Source: Candidatus Magasanikiibacteriota bacterium
Lineage (GTDB): Bacteria > Patescibacteriota > Patescibacteriia > Magasanikbacterales > UBA922
Direction of reading: 5' to 3'
DNA: 64,000 bases
NCBI GenBank assembly: GCA_016193335.1
Contig: JACPSK010000008.1
Location: forward strand, 1,589-65,588
This document shows, one piece after another, positions 19,229-28,261 of the stretch (position 1 is its first letter; every line of letters begins with the position of its first letter). A program made the position numbers and the translations under genes. Under the pieces are notes generated by a model. It did no database searches, was not told the origin of the DNA, and saw only the letters and a list, made by a program, of their open reading frames with translations.

Positions 19229-19615
19229 TTATGCCGCGGGAGCAGATGGCCCTTCGGCGATTTCTGTGTTTGCGGCTGTCTCTGTCGTAGGCTGCGCTTG
19301 AACTTGTTTGGCTTTCTCAGCTTCCAAGGAAGCTGTTCGTTTTTTTGAAATTCGTATTGATTTCCTTTTTTCTCCGCTCAAAAGCCCCTCTTTTACCAAA
19401 AGATTGAAAATGGTATTGGAACACTCTGCCCCCAAGCCAATCCAATGTTTTATACGATCTTTTTTCAATTCAAGCAACTTGGGTTTTTGAATCGGATTAT
19501 AAAAACCAAGTATTTCAAGACTCTTTGCCTGAGGATCCCGCGTTTTCTCCGAAACAACCAGACGATAACTCGGTTGTTTCCTCTTTCCAAGACGTTGTAA
19601 TCTGATGGTCAACAT
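19229..19615 (-). CDS. rpsP: 30S ribosomal protein S16
   Basis: MLTIRLQRLGKRKQPSYRLVV, EILGFYNP. Confidence 0.97.
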   Translation of the reverse strand: MLTIRLQRLGKRKQPSYRLVVSEKTRDPQAKSLEILGFYNPIQKPKLLELKKDRIKHWIGLGAECSNTIFNLLVKEGLLSGEKRKSIRISKKRTASLEAEKAKQVQAQPTTETAANTEIAEGPSAPAA

Positions 19616-19747
19616 ACATGAACCTGCGTTACTAATTAATCAAATCCTCTTAGGAACCTGGCTCAATCGGGAACCCCAACCAAGCCGGAATACAAAATCC
19701 TGAGAGCCTGCTTCGTGACGGCAAGCGGAAGGAATTCGATACACAAG

Positions 19748-19776
19748 AGTATAGCCAAAAAGTCCAAATCTGTCAA
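19748..19776 (-). promoter_or_regulatory. sigma70-type promoter of rpsP
   Basis: TTGACA-N17-TATACT on the minus strand. Confidence 0.75.
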
Positions 19777-19852
19777 TGTCTGAAATTTGAGACAAAAACC
19801 GGTGAAGATTGAACTCTATTAAATGTAAGAATTCAGACAGAAAAGGAAACAG

Positions 19853-20650
19853 CTAAACTTCTATAGTGCCGGAAAAAACCGTTTGCACAGCACCGGTCAT
19901 AATCAATTCCCCTTTCGTATTCTCGGAAATAGCCAAAATTCCTCCTGGCAACAAAACCTTGGCGTTTGCTTCTATATTGTGTATTTTTCTACTTACGGCA
20001 AAAGAAGCGCAAGCCCCTGTGCCGCAAGCCAAGGTTGGACCACAGCCACGCTCCCACACGCGAACCTTTATCGTATCCTTATCTTGGACTTCAACAAATT
20101 CTACATTAATGCCATGAGGAAAATAATCATGCGTCTCTATGTTAGGCCCCACCGATTCCAAAGGAATACTGTCCACTTTGGGAACAAAAGCAACAGCGTG
20201 GGGATTCCCTATTGAAACAAAATGAAAATTAAATCCAAATAAATTAGTGGTTTTCGCGGGAAAATCAGGACTCACAAATGAGGGCTTGCCCATATTCACG
20301 GTATACGCGTTATCTGTGTCCTCCACGCGGACTTGTTTGATGCCGGAACGGGTGTCAACGCGGAGCACCGTATTTTGGTTGCCTATGCGATTTCTAAAAT
20401 AATCAACCGTGCAACGCAGTCCATTCCCGCACATCTCTACCTGGCTTCCGTCGTTATTATAGTAATTCATGTAACAATCAGCATCGCCCCCCCTATGCTC
20501 CAACAAAATCAAGCCATCAGCGCCAATTCCAAAATGGCGGTCGCACAGATATGTTATTTGTTCCTTACTGAGATTCAAAGCCCCATCCATATTCTCAATC
20601 ATAATCATGTCATTCCCTGTCCCATGAATTTTGGTGAATTCAATTTTCAT
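19853..20650 (-). CDS. dapF: diaminopimelate epimerase
   Basis: FTKIHGTGND, CDRHFGIGADG, EMCGNGLRC, GNPHAV, VWERGCGPTLACGTGACA. Confidence 0.97.
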   Translation of the reverse strand: MKIEFTKIHGTGNDMIMIENMDGALNLSKEQITYLCDRHFGIGADGLILLEHRGGDADCYMNYYNNDGSQVEMCGNGLRCTVDYFRNRIGNQNTVLRVDTRSGIKQVRVEDTDNAYTVNMGKPSFVSPDFPAKTTNLFGFNFHFVSIGNPHAVAFVPKVDSIPLESVGPNIETHDYFPHGINVEFVEVQDKDTIKVRVWERGCGPTLACGTGACASFAVSRKIHNIEANAKVLLPGGILAISENTKGELIMTGAVQTVFSGTIEV

Positions 20651-20706
20651 ATCGAATCTCAATTTATTTTTTAACCCGAATCTATACAAGACCAATAGAT
20701 TTTGTC

Positions 20707-21924
20707 TCAATTATAGGCGGAAAATACATCTTCAAAGGTTTGTCTTCTGCGAATAAGTTCTACCTTATCTCTGTCCACGAGCACTTCTGCCGGCAATCCT
20801 CTGAACTGATAATTGCTCGCCATGGACATGCCATAGGCTCCTGCTATATCTATACTCAATAGATCCCCTTCCCGTATCTCGGGCATTTCTCTGTCTTTGG
20901 CAAAAAAATCAGCGCATTCACAGATATTACCCGTGATGTCATATTCGTGTACCATGCCCAAAGCATTGCTGAGATTCCGAATAGGATGATACGAACCATA
21001 CATGGCCACTCGTACCAATTGGTTCATACCGGTGTCAGTGCCAACTATGATCTTTCCGCTAATAGATTGCTTTATGGTATTTACTCGAGTAATCAAGCTG
21101 CCAGCTTGAGCAACTATATAACGCCCCGGCTCAAAACGCAATGTAAGATCTCTGCCGTATAAAGCGCAAAAAGATTTAAATCGTTTATCCACTGACATAC
21201 CCAAAGTCTGAAGATCAAGAGATTTTTGGCCGGGTTTGTAAGGTACACCAAAGCCGCCACCGACATCCACAAATTCGAGATCTGGAAATTGTGCTGCTAT
21301 ATCCAATATAACGTCGAGAGCCAAGAGAGGTTCTTCCAGGGCTAACCAACCAGAACCTATATGTTGATGCACGCCAATCACTTGCAAGCCATAATATCTT
21401 GTCATCTCCAAAACACCTGACACATCTTTAAAAGAAATGCCAAATTTTGAATCAGGCCCTCCGGTAATATTGCTATCATGAGAAGCAGAACCAACATTTG
21501 GATTAAAACGAACGCAGACTTTGCTCCCCGGATAGGCTCTTCCATATTTCTCAAGCCGAGAGAGAGAACCGATATTCAAAAGAACACCGCTCTTTTGAAC
21601 CTCATGCATCTCAAAATCTGTCATGTTATTTTCCGTGCACATCAGACGTTCTTTGGGGCAAGCAGAGACAAGACCAAGTTTAACCTCTTCTGGTGACACC
21701 GCGTCCACTCCGCAACCCAAGCTTATTATCTCTTTCAAAATACGCGGGTTATAGTTTGCTTTCACCGCATACAAAAATTCGGTCTTGGGATACAGACCCA
21801 TATAACTCTGCAAATCTTTTATCCTTCTTCTTATGAGATTCAAATCATACACATACACAGGCGTCCCAAAACGCTCTGCGATATTCTCGACAATATGAGT
21901 ATCTATTACGTCAAAATCAGGCAT
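20707..21924 (-). CDS. lysA: diaminopimelate decarboxylase
   Basis: FGTPVYVYD, YAVKAN, SKFGI, HIGS, DVGGGFG, EPGRY, GNICECAD, AGAYGMSMASNY. Confidence 0.96.
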   Translation of the reverse strand: MPDFDVIDTHIVENIAERFGTPVYVYDLNLIRRRIKDLQSYMGLYPKTEFLYAVKANYNPRILKEIISLGCGVDAVSPEEVKLGLVSACPKERLMCTENNMTDFEMHEVQKSGVLLNIGSLSRLEKYGRAYPGSKVCVRFNPNVGSASHDSNITGGPDSKFGISFKDVSGVLEMTRYYGLQVIGVHQHIGSGWLALEEPLLALDVILDIAAQFPDLEFVDVGGGFGVPYKPGQKSLDLQTLGMSVDKRFKSFCALYGRDLTLRFEPGRYIVAQAGSLITRVNTIKQSISGKIIVGTDTGMNQLVRVAMYGSYHPIRNLSNALGMVHEYDITGNICECADFFAKDREMPEIREGDLLSIDIAGAYGMSMASNYQFRGLPAEVLVDRDKVELIRRRQTFEDVFSAYN

Positions 21925-22058
21925 AGAAAGACTTTTTTATTGGCCCTTTACATGAACTGTATCATATGATGATGAACAATTCTCGTAAAGTGCCAGGCGA
22001 ACGCGAAAAACGCTCGCCAAGGCCTCCCGAAAGAACAGGTGACAAGAGCTCTCTCCCC

Positions 22059-23510
22059 TTAACCGAAAAGCTCCTGATGGATGGCCACGTAGGCTCTTTC
22101 GTAATCTTGGGTAGCAACCCCGACCACGAATCCCACACGCGAACCGCCCACGTCCATATGATGGACCGAAGCTATGCCGGCTCTCCCCAGAGCGCCGAAA
22201 ACACGCCCAAGGATGTCCACGTTGCCTGCGGACAAACGTTCGCCCGTAACCAGGATAATCGAGAGCCCGCCCTCGATCCCAAACTTCTCCGGAGCGAATC
22301 GTTTCCTGATTGCTCTTTCAAAGAGCAAACGGCGAGAGGAATCCTCGAGCAAGTCCTCCCCGTGCACCGAGACCATCACGGCGTCTCTGCCTGTCGCCAC
22401 GTCTGAGATAGACAGACCATAGGCCGCGACCGTGGCACAGATAAGCTCGAGGCCTCCTGCCGCCACGTCAAAACCATCCTTAACGAGGTTGACGGCTGTA
22501 AGCCCTGTCACCCCGTTCATCAAGGTAACGACCGAGCCTTCGGCGTCTCCTTTGGGCACGATCCATGTCCCTGGCGCCTCAAGCTCGTCACAGCTTGCGA
22601 TGTGGATTTTCAGCCCGGGCTTCAAACGATGCACAGCGCTGATCGCGTCGGCATGGAGCGGTTGGGCGCCTGCTTCGCGCAGAACTCTGTGCCACATCGT
22701 TCCAATGGTACGAGGCTGAATGCCATACCTCCGCAAGAGCTCCGGATCTCCGGTGAAGACGCCCTGGACAGCCTTGCGTACTTCAAGCACTCCCACCTGG
22801 TCAAGCGCGCAGGCCACTATGGCGGCCGTCACGTCTGTCCCGCCAAAAGGCAAGAGGCGGTGTAGAGGCTGGGCGTCTGGGACGCTCCCCACACGGTCCA
22901 CGCCCACAAAGCCGGCCATCACAAAAGGTATCCCTCGTTTCAAACGGGCAAAAACGTTTCGAACATTGGCCTGGCAGCTCCGCCAATCCGGTATACCGTC
23001 TGCGCCAACCTCTATAGTTTCGTAGGCACTGAGAATCGGGTATCCGAGCCAGCGATGCAAAAGCTCGGTCATCATGCACTCACCAGAACCCACGGCAAAA
23101 GCCTCTGAGCCCGGTAGAGAAGCCTCGAGCTTGGCATCAATCTGAGCGCGCTGTCTTGAGAGTACGAGAAGTACTCTTTCAGGATCAAGAAGACCCCGGA
23201 AAGCAGCGCTGTAGAGATTCTCAATCAAAGTCCACAAGGTGTCTCTTGTAAAGGTGAAAGGACCATGTTCTTTATTGATCCCGTCGAAATCCTTGTTTTT
23301 GATGCCCGCGTTTGGAGATCTCAACAGTACGAGATTCACATACATGAGCAACAAAGGAGTAGCTCTGAGACCGTTTCTCGCAGGCGCAGAAGTTACGATC
23401 CCAATGTACGCAGAATCTCCTTCAGCACCCTCAACCAACCGCCGCAGAGCTTCCAAACGCTCCGGGAAACCGGCCACCTCACCACCGATCTTAAGAATTC
23501 GTGCCCCCAC
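22059..23510 (-). CDS. aspartokinase-family protein, divergent (amino-acid kinase domain plus two ACT domains)
   Basis: LKIGG, VTSA, GE, MAGFVG, GGTDVTAA, GVFTGDP, PGTWI and C-terminal ACT-like repeats. GTG start after AAGGGAG. Confidence 0.85.
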   Translation of the reverse strand: MGARILKIGGEVAGFPERLEALRRLVEGAEGDSAYIGIVTSAPARNGLRATPLLLMYVNLVLLRSPNAGIKNKDFDGINKEHGPFTFTRDTLWTLIENLYSAAFRGLLDPERVLLVLSRQRAQIDAKLEASLPGSEAFAVGSGECMMTELLHRWLGYPILSAYETIEVGADGIPDWRSCQANVRNVFARLKRGIPFVMAGFVGVDRVGSVPDAQPLHRLLPFGGTDVTAAIVACALDQVGVLEVRKAVQGVFTGDPELLRRYGIQPRTIGTMWHRVLREAGAQPLHADAISAVHRLKPGLKIHIASCDELEAPGTWIVPKGDAEGSVVTLMNGVTGLTAVNLVKDGFDVAAGGLELICATVAAYGLSISDVATGRDAVMVSVHGEDLLEDSSRRLLFERAIRKRFAPEKFGIEGGLSIILVTGERLSAGNVDILGRVFGALGRAGIASVHHMDVGGSRVGFVVGVATQDYERAYVAIHQELFG

Positions 23511-23512
23511 TG

Positions 23513-23797
23513 TTAATCTCCCTTCGTGAAAGTGAAGTCCGCCTGCACAGGCGCCTGGCCAGAACCAGGATACGCTCCCTCAAGCCGGCCGACCCTCCGG
23601 TACTGAGAAGGACCGGTCTGAATGTAAGCATCTCCGCTCACTACGACCTCCTTGCCTTGAACCCGAAGGTCTCGACGTTGGACAAAGAGCCTACAGCCAG
23701 TCTCTTCCCCCTGGTTCAGTCGCCAGCCGCCAAAACAAAGCATGGTCAGAGAGCCAGAATCAAAATCGCGCCGCTCAGGAAAAGCCGTTATCCTCAT
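23513..23797 (-). CDS. hypothetical 94-aa protein
   Basis: AGGGAG SD before ATG23797; its last codons carry the SD of the kinase gene; same GC-rich composition. Confidence 0.55.
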   Translation of the reverse strand: MRITAFPERRDFDSGSLTMLCFGGWRLNQGEETGCRLFVQRRDLRVQGKEVVVSGDAYIQTGPSQYRRVGRLEGAYPGSGQAPVQADFTFTKGD

Positions 23798-23865
23798 CTT
23801 GCTGTTTCTCCCTCTAGGTGTGTTGTCCGCAGGCCCCTGTGGCCACAAAGCCACAGAAGATGCTG

Positions 23866-23896
23866 ACAACAAAAATCCCCCGTTGTATCGAGGGAT
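23866..23896 (-). terminator. candidate attenuator terminator
   Basis: Minus strand atccctcg-atacaa-cgggggat followed by ttttgttgt. Confidence 0.5.
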
Positions 23897-23917
23897 CATG
23901 TTTTAGTACAAAAAACA

Positions 23918-23980
23918 CTAACCCTCAGGGAGGATTTTGCCGTTCTTCTTAGCTTCATTCTGTGTGGAACAATTATTCAT
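23918..23980 (-). CDS. candidate 20-aa leader peptide MNNCSTQNEAKKNGKILPEG
   Basis: ATG about 10 nt after the -10 box; AAG-AAG-AAC-GGC-AAA; stop lies inside the antiterminator strand. Confidence 0.4.
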   Translation of the reverse strand: MNNCSTQNEAKKNGKILPEG

Positions 23981-23990
23981 AAACAAAACA

Positions 23991-24018
23991 ATAGTATCAT
24001 GATACTTCCCTAAGTCAA
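23991..24018 (-). promoter_or_regulatory. promoter of the leader/94-aa/aspartokinase unit
   Basis: TTGACT-N16-TACTAT with an extended TG. Confidence 0.55.
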
Positions 24019-24060
24019 GTTTCATTTATCCACTCCGCAACGCATTGCTCCGCGCTCGGA

Positions 24061-27000
24061 TTATTTGTCCAGGCTCACACTCAAGAGTTTGCTGACGCCA
24101 TCATTGCCCATACTTACGCCATAGAGCGCGTCTGCCGCGTGCATGGTGGCTCTATTGTGAGTAATCAAAATAAACTGGGATTGGCCTGACAGCTCTTTCA
24201 AAATAGTGGTAAATCGCAAAGTGTTGGCTTCGTCTAAAGCGGCCTCGACTTCGTCAAAAAGCACAAAAGGAGGAGGATTAATATGCAATATGGCGCAGAC
24301 GAGAGCTATGGATGTCAAAGTTCTCTCTCCGCCAGAAAGGGCGGCTATATGCTCTATCTTTTTACCAGGAGGAGAAGCCACGACGTCTATGCCCCGCAAT
24401 ATTTTTTTCTTGCGCCTTGCTTCCGGTTCTTCTGAAAGCACGGCGGTCTCTTGACCGGAATTCTCTTCCTCTTCAATGCCATAAACTTCAACAAGATCGG
24501 CTTTCCCGCCCTCAAATAAAAGTTTAAAATATCGCTCAAATTCTTTTTTTATCTTTTTAAACGATTCGCTGTGTCGTTTTTTCATCAAAGTATCAAGCTC
24601 GGCAAGCAAGAGCTCCATGTCTCCCGAAGCTCTTTTAAGATCATTCAATTCAGTGTGCAAATGTTCATATTTTTCTTTGGTCTCCATGTATTCCTGCAAA
24701 ACCTCCTCATCTATGCCCCCAATCAAACTCAAATTATATTTGAGCTTCTCTATTTCAACTTTAGCCTGATCCAATTCCTCAGAACCTAAAGGCTCTTCAA
24801 TCTTAGAACGTATCTGTTCCACCGCTGTCTTGAGCTCATGGTAAAGTTCTTCTTCCATGTCTTCTCTCCTTGTCTGTAATTTTGCCAATTCAACCCGCAC
24901 TTCATTCTTTTCATTCGATATTCGATTGAGATTATTCTGCACGCTTTGCATAGCTTCCTGCAAATCAAAAACGCGTTTGCGTTTTTTTTCCTGAAGCTCA
25001 TTAAATTTTTTCATTTCCAGACGAAATTTTTCAATCTCAAAATCAAAATCGTCTATTTTCAGAGAGATTTCATCTTTTCGCAGAGAAAGTTCCTTCATCA
25101 TGTCATCATATTGTTCAGGACCGAGTTGTTGTAGAGACAATTCCTGTTCAAACTGAGACAAACTCTTGAGAATTTCTTGCTGTTTGAGTGAGAGAGAAGC
25201 CGCTTCATGCTCTTTAACTCCCTTTTGTGTTTGGATTTCCAATAATTCATCCTGTTTCAAACCCCGCTCTTCATCGATCCGGGCTATACTTTTTCTTAAT
25301 TCTTGCAAATGTTCTTCTGTGTCCTTTTCTCCAAGCAGCATGTTCTTGGCCTCAGTAGAAAAACTGAGCGTGTACATGGTCTTTTGTCTAAACCCGCCAC
25401 GCATAGAACCTCCCGCGCTCATCATGTCCCCGTCAAGCGTAACCATGCGCATGCGGCCTATGCCCAATCTTCGCGCAGTAGCCACATCATCCACCACCAC
25501 GGTAGACCCAAACACATACGAAAAAATATGCTCAAAAACAGGATCAAATTCAATGAGTTCAAGGGCCAAGCCGCGCACGCCCGGCTCAGACAGCACACGA
25601 GCGATATCTTGCGGAATGGGGCGAGCGCGTATCGTGTTAAGAGGCAAAAAAGTGGCTGTGCCAAGCTGATGTTTTTTTAAAAAAGAAATGGCAGAGTCGG
25701 CGACAGCGTCACTTTCAACAACCAGAGATGTCATATGATGGCCAGCCGCGATTTCGAGGGCTCGCTGAAAGCGTTCTGCCACCCGTCCCAATTCCGCGAC
25801 CATGCCATATACGCGTCCGCCAAAAGACGCATGGTTCTGTAAAATCGCTTCAACGGCCCTATAACCTGATTTCGGCAATAAGCGATCACTTTGGTCCCCT
25901 TCGAAGACGCGTTTTTCAATCTCAAGAATCTTTCGCTGGGTCTGCAATTTTTTCTCTTCCCATTCAGACAACTCATGTCGAAGCTCGCTGCGTTTAGTTT
26001 CAAGAAACGTAATTGAATTTTTGAGTTCAGCCCAATCCTGGTCACCTTTATTTTTTTCGAGCTTGTATTTTTCACTTTGCTCTTCAAGCCAGGCGATATT
26101 TTGCTTACCCGCTTTTGAATATTCGGTATGTAGCTTACCCGCCAAAACAGCGCGTTCACGCTCACATTCATTTTTTTGTTCAAGCAAGTCCTGGTAGCCC
26201 CGCTGTAAAAGTTCAAATTGCTCCTGCCGCGAGGCCTCCTGCGCCAAAGCCGCCAGCTCTGTTTGAATTTCATCCAAAATCTTATGTTCGGCCGCGTACT
26301 GTCCTTCAAAAATACTCTTGCGTTGAGATATCTGCTCTATGTTCTTTTCTATATTCAAAAATAAAGTTACATAATACTGTTCCTGAATATCTCTCAACCG
26401 AATTTCCACGTCTTTCCTCTGCTCCAATTTCTTTACCTGACGCTTCAAAGAGCGCATGCGAGGCTCCACTTCGAGAAGAAGCATATCGGCCTGGGCTATA
26501 TGTTCGGCCGTCCGATTCAACTTGAGGAGAGCTTGGTGTCTCTTGATCTGAAATTCTTTTATACCCACCGCTTCGTCAAAAAACTGTTTTCTTTCAGCCG
26601 CTGTCTGGACCAAAAGCTGGGTTATCATGCCCTGCCCTATCACTGAATAAGAACTCTGGCCAAATTGTGCCTGAGCCAGCATAAGCTGTAAATCAAACAA
26701 ACGAACCACAGCGCCATTGATGAGGTACTCATTTTCTCCGTTACGATAGACTTTGCGTGTTATCACCAGCTCTTCATAATCCATGCCCGCTCTCTTCTCG
26801 CTGTTGTCAAGAGTCACCGACACGCTCGCCATGCCCAATCTGCCCTTATATTCAGAGCCTCCAAATATAACATCTTCACTTTTTTTACCCCTCAATTGTT
26901 TCAAACTTTGTTCCCCCAAAACCCAACGTATGGCATCAGCGACATTGCTTTTTCCGCTCCCATTCGGGCCCACAATAGCCGTAATACTAAAAGAACCCTT

Positions 27001-27078
27001 TTGGGGGGGTGGAAATTCGATAAGCGTACTTTGAGCAAAAGATTTGAATCCTTGCAATTCTATGCTTTTAAGAAACAT
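24061..27078 (-). CDS. smc: chromosome segregation protein SMC (1005 aa)
   Basis: GFKSF, Walker A GPNGSGKSN, hinge (G.ATFLPL, VTLDGD..GG), LSGGE, FDEVEAALD. Confidence 0.97.
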   Translation of the reverse strand: MFLKSIELQGFKSFAQSTLIEFPPPQKGSFSITAIVGPNGSGKSNVADAIRWVLGEQSLKQLRGKKSEDVIFGGSEYKGRLGMASVSVTLDNSEKRAGMDYEELVITRKVYRNGENEYLINGAVVRLFDLQLMLAQAQFGQSSYSVIGQGMITQLLVQTAAERKQFFDEAVGIKEFQIKRHQALLKLNRTAEHIAQADMLLLEVEPRMRSLKRQVKKLEQRKDVEIRLRDIQEQYYVTLFLNIEKNIEQISQRKSIFEGQYAAEHKILDEIQTELAALAQEASRQEQFELLQRGYQDLLEQKNECERERAVLAGKLHTEYSKAGKQNIAWLEEQSEKYKLEKNKGDQDWAELKNSITFLETKRSELRHELSEWEEKKLQTQRKILEIEKRVFEGDQSDRLLPKSGYRAVEAILQNHASFGGRVYGMVAELGRVAERFQRALEIAAGHHMTSLVVESDAVADSAISFLKKHQLGTATFLPLNTIRARPIPQDIARVLSEPGVRGLALELIEFDPVFEHIFSYVFGSTVVVDDVATARRLGIGRMRMVTLDGDMMSAGGSMRGGFRQKTMYTLSFSTEAKNMLLGEKDTEEHLQELRKSIARIDEERGLKQDELLEIQTQKGVKEHEAASLSLKQQEILKSLSQFEQELSLQQLGPEQYDDMMKELSLRKDEISLKIDDFDFEIEKFRLEMKKFNELQEKKRKRVFDLQEAMQSVQNNLNRISNEKNEVRVELAKLQTRREDMEEELYHELKTAVEQIRSKIEEPLGSEELDQAKVEIEKLKYNLSLIGGIDEEVLQEYMETKEKYEHLHTELNDLKRASGDMELLLAELDTLMKKRHSESFKKIKKEFERYFKLLFEGGKADLVEVYGIEEEENSGQETAVLSEEPEARRKKKILRGIDVVASPPGKKIEHIAALSGGERTLTSIALVCAILHINPPPFVLFDEVEAALDEANTLRFTTILKELSGQSQFILITHNRATMHAADALYGVSMGNDGVSKLLSVSLDK

Positions 27079-27200
27079 AAGAAAAGCCGCTAAAGCTTAC
27101 AATAGTATAACACTCTTGACAGTGCCCTGCAATCCTAGTATAGTGTGTGGTTCTGGGTACTCTAAAATAGGATAATCCGGAATCATCACGATTTACATCT

Positions 27201-28205
27201 ATGCCTCATAGAACAGCAAAAAAAATACACAAAGCCATCCAAGAAGCAGAAAAAATAATGATCATCCCTCATCAGAATCCTGATGGAGACGCCATCGGTT
27301 CTGCCACGGCTCTGGCACATTATTTGGAAGCTATCAAAAAGCCATACGCTATTTTTTGCAGTACAGAAATTCCAAAAAATCTTCATTTTCTTACTGATAA
27401 TTGCATCGTACGTTTGGATAAAGAAATCTGGGATGAAAACTTCTCTACCCTGATAGTAGTGGACGCGGGAGATCTGGAGTACGCGGGAGTCAGCCGGTAT
27501 CTGGAACGAAAAAATCCCAAACCTTTTATTATAGGCATAGACCACCACGCCACCAACCGGGGCTACGGGGACTTGAATCTCGTAATAGAAAAAGCCTCGT
27601 CCACCACCGAGATCCTTTATCTTTTCTTTAAAACAAACAAAATCGAAATTTCACCTGAAATGGCCACCTCTCTCATGACTGGTCTTATAACTGACACGGG
27701 AAATTTTTCAAATTCAGGCACTTCAAAACAAGCTCTCCATGTCGCAAGCGATCTTGCCAGAAAGAGGGCCCATGTCATGAATATACGCGATAACATTTTA
27801 AAAAATAAATCCATAAACACGCTCAAACTCTGGGGTCTCGCTTTGTCCAGACTCAGTATTCATCCAGAGCACCATATCGCGTATACCTACCTGAGCCAAA
27901 ACGATATACTTCAACATGAAGTTACTGAGGAAGAAGTAGAAGGTATAGCGAACCTTCTCAATGACCTAAACGAAGGCCACGCCTCTCTCATATTTAAAGA
28001 AAAAAAAGGAGGAGCGGTAAAGGGAAGTTTGCGAACTACAAAAGACAATGTTGATGTTTCTATGATAGCCAAAGCCTTCGGCGGAGGCGGACACAAAAAA
28101 GCATCGGGCTTTACCATTGAGCATCCTCTCGAAGAAGCAATAGAACATTTTTTCCGAACCTTAAGTGTCAAACAACTGGCATTTGTGAAAGAAGAAACGC
28201 TTTGA
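27201..28205 (+). CDS. nrnA: DHH/DHHA1 oligoribonuclease / pAp phosphatase NrnA
   Basis: HQNPDGDAIGS, IDHH, TDTGNF, GGGGHKKASG. Confidence 0.93.
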   Translation: MPHRTAKKIHKAIQEAEKIMIIPHQNPDGDAIGSATALAHYLEAIKKPYAIFCSTEIPKNLHFLTDNCIVRLDKEIWDENFSTLIVVDAGDLEYAGVSRYLERKNPKPFIIGIDHHATNRGYGDLNLVIEKASSTTEILYLFFKTNKIEISPEMATSLMTGLITDTGNFSNSGTSKQALHVASDLARKRAHVMNIRDNILKNKSINTLKLWGLALSRLSIHPEHHIAYTYLSQNDILQHEVTEEEVEGIANLLNDLNEGHASLIFKEKKGGAVKGSLRTTKDNVDVSMIAKAFGGGGHKKASGFTIEHPLEEAIEHFFRTLSVKQLAFVKEETL

Positions 28206-28261
28206 TATACTAAAAATATAAACCCTACCGAAGTTCTTAAACTCACAAAAGATAAAAATAT

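Noticed and set aside
19640-19745. SRP RNA (ffs), suggested by cggaaggaa and gaagcag near rpsP
   Set aside because: The two fragments are on opposite strands and do not form the domain IV motif TCAGG-N-GGAA-N-AGCAG; kept only as a candidate leader.
23513-23900. Lysine riboswitch upstream of the aspartokinase, and the 128-aa version of the ORF
   Set aside because: No riboswitch consensus is seen. The SD supports ATG23797, and the longer start lies inside the terminator/antiterminator region.
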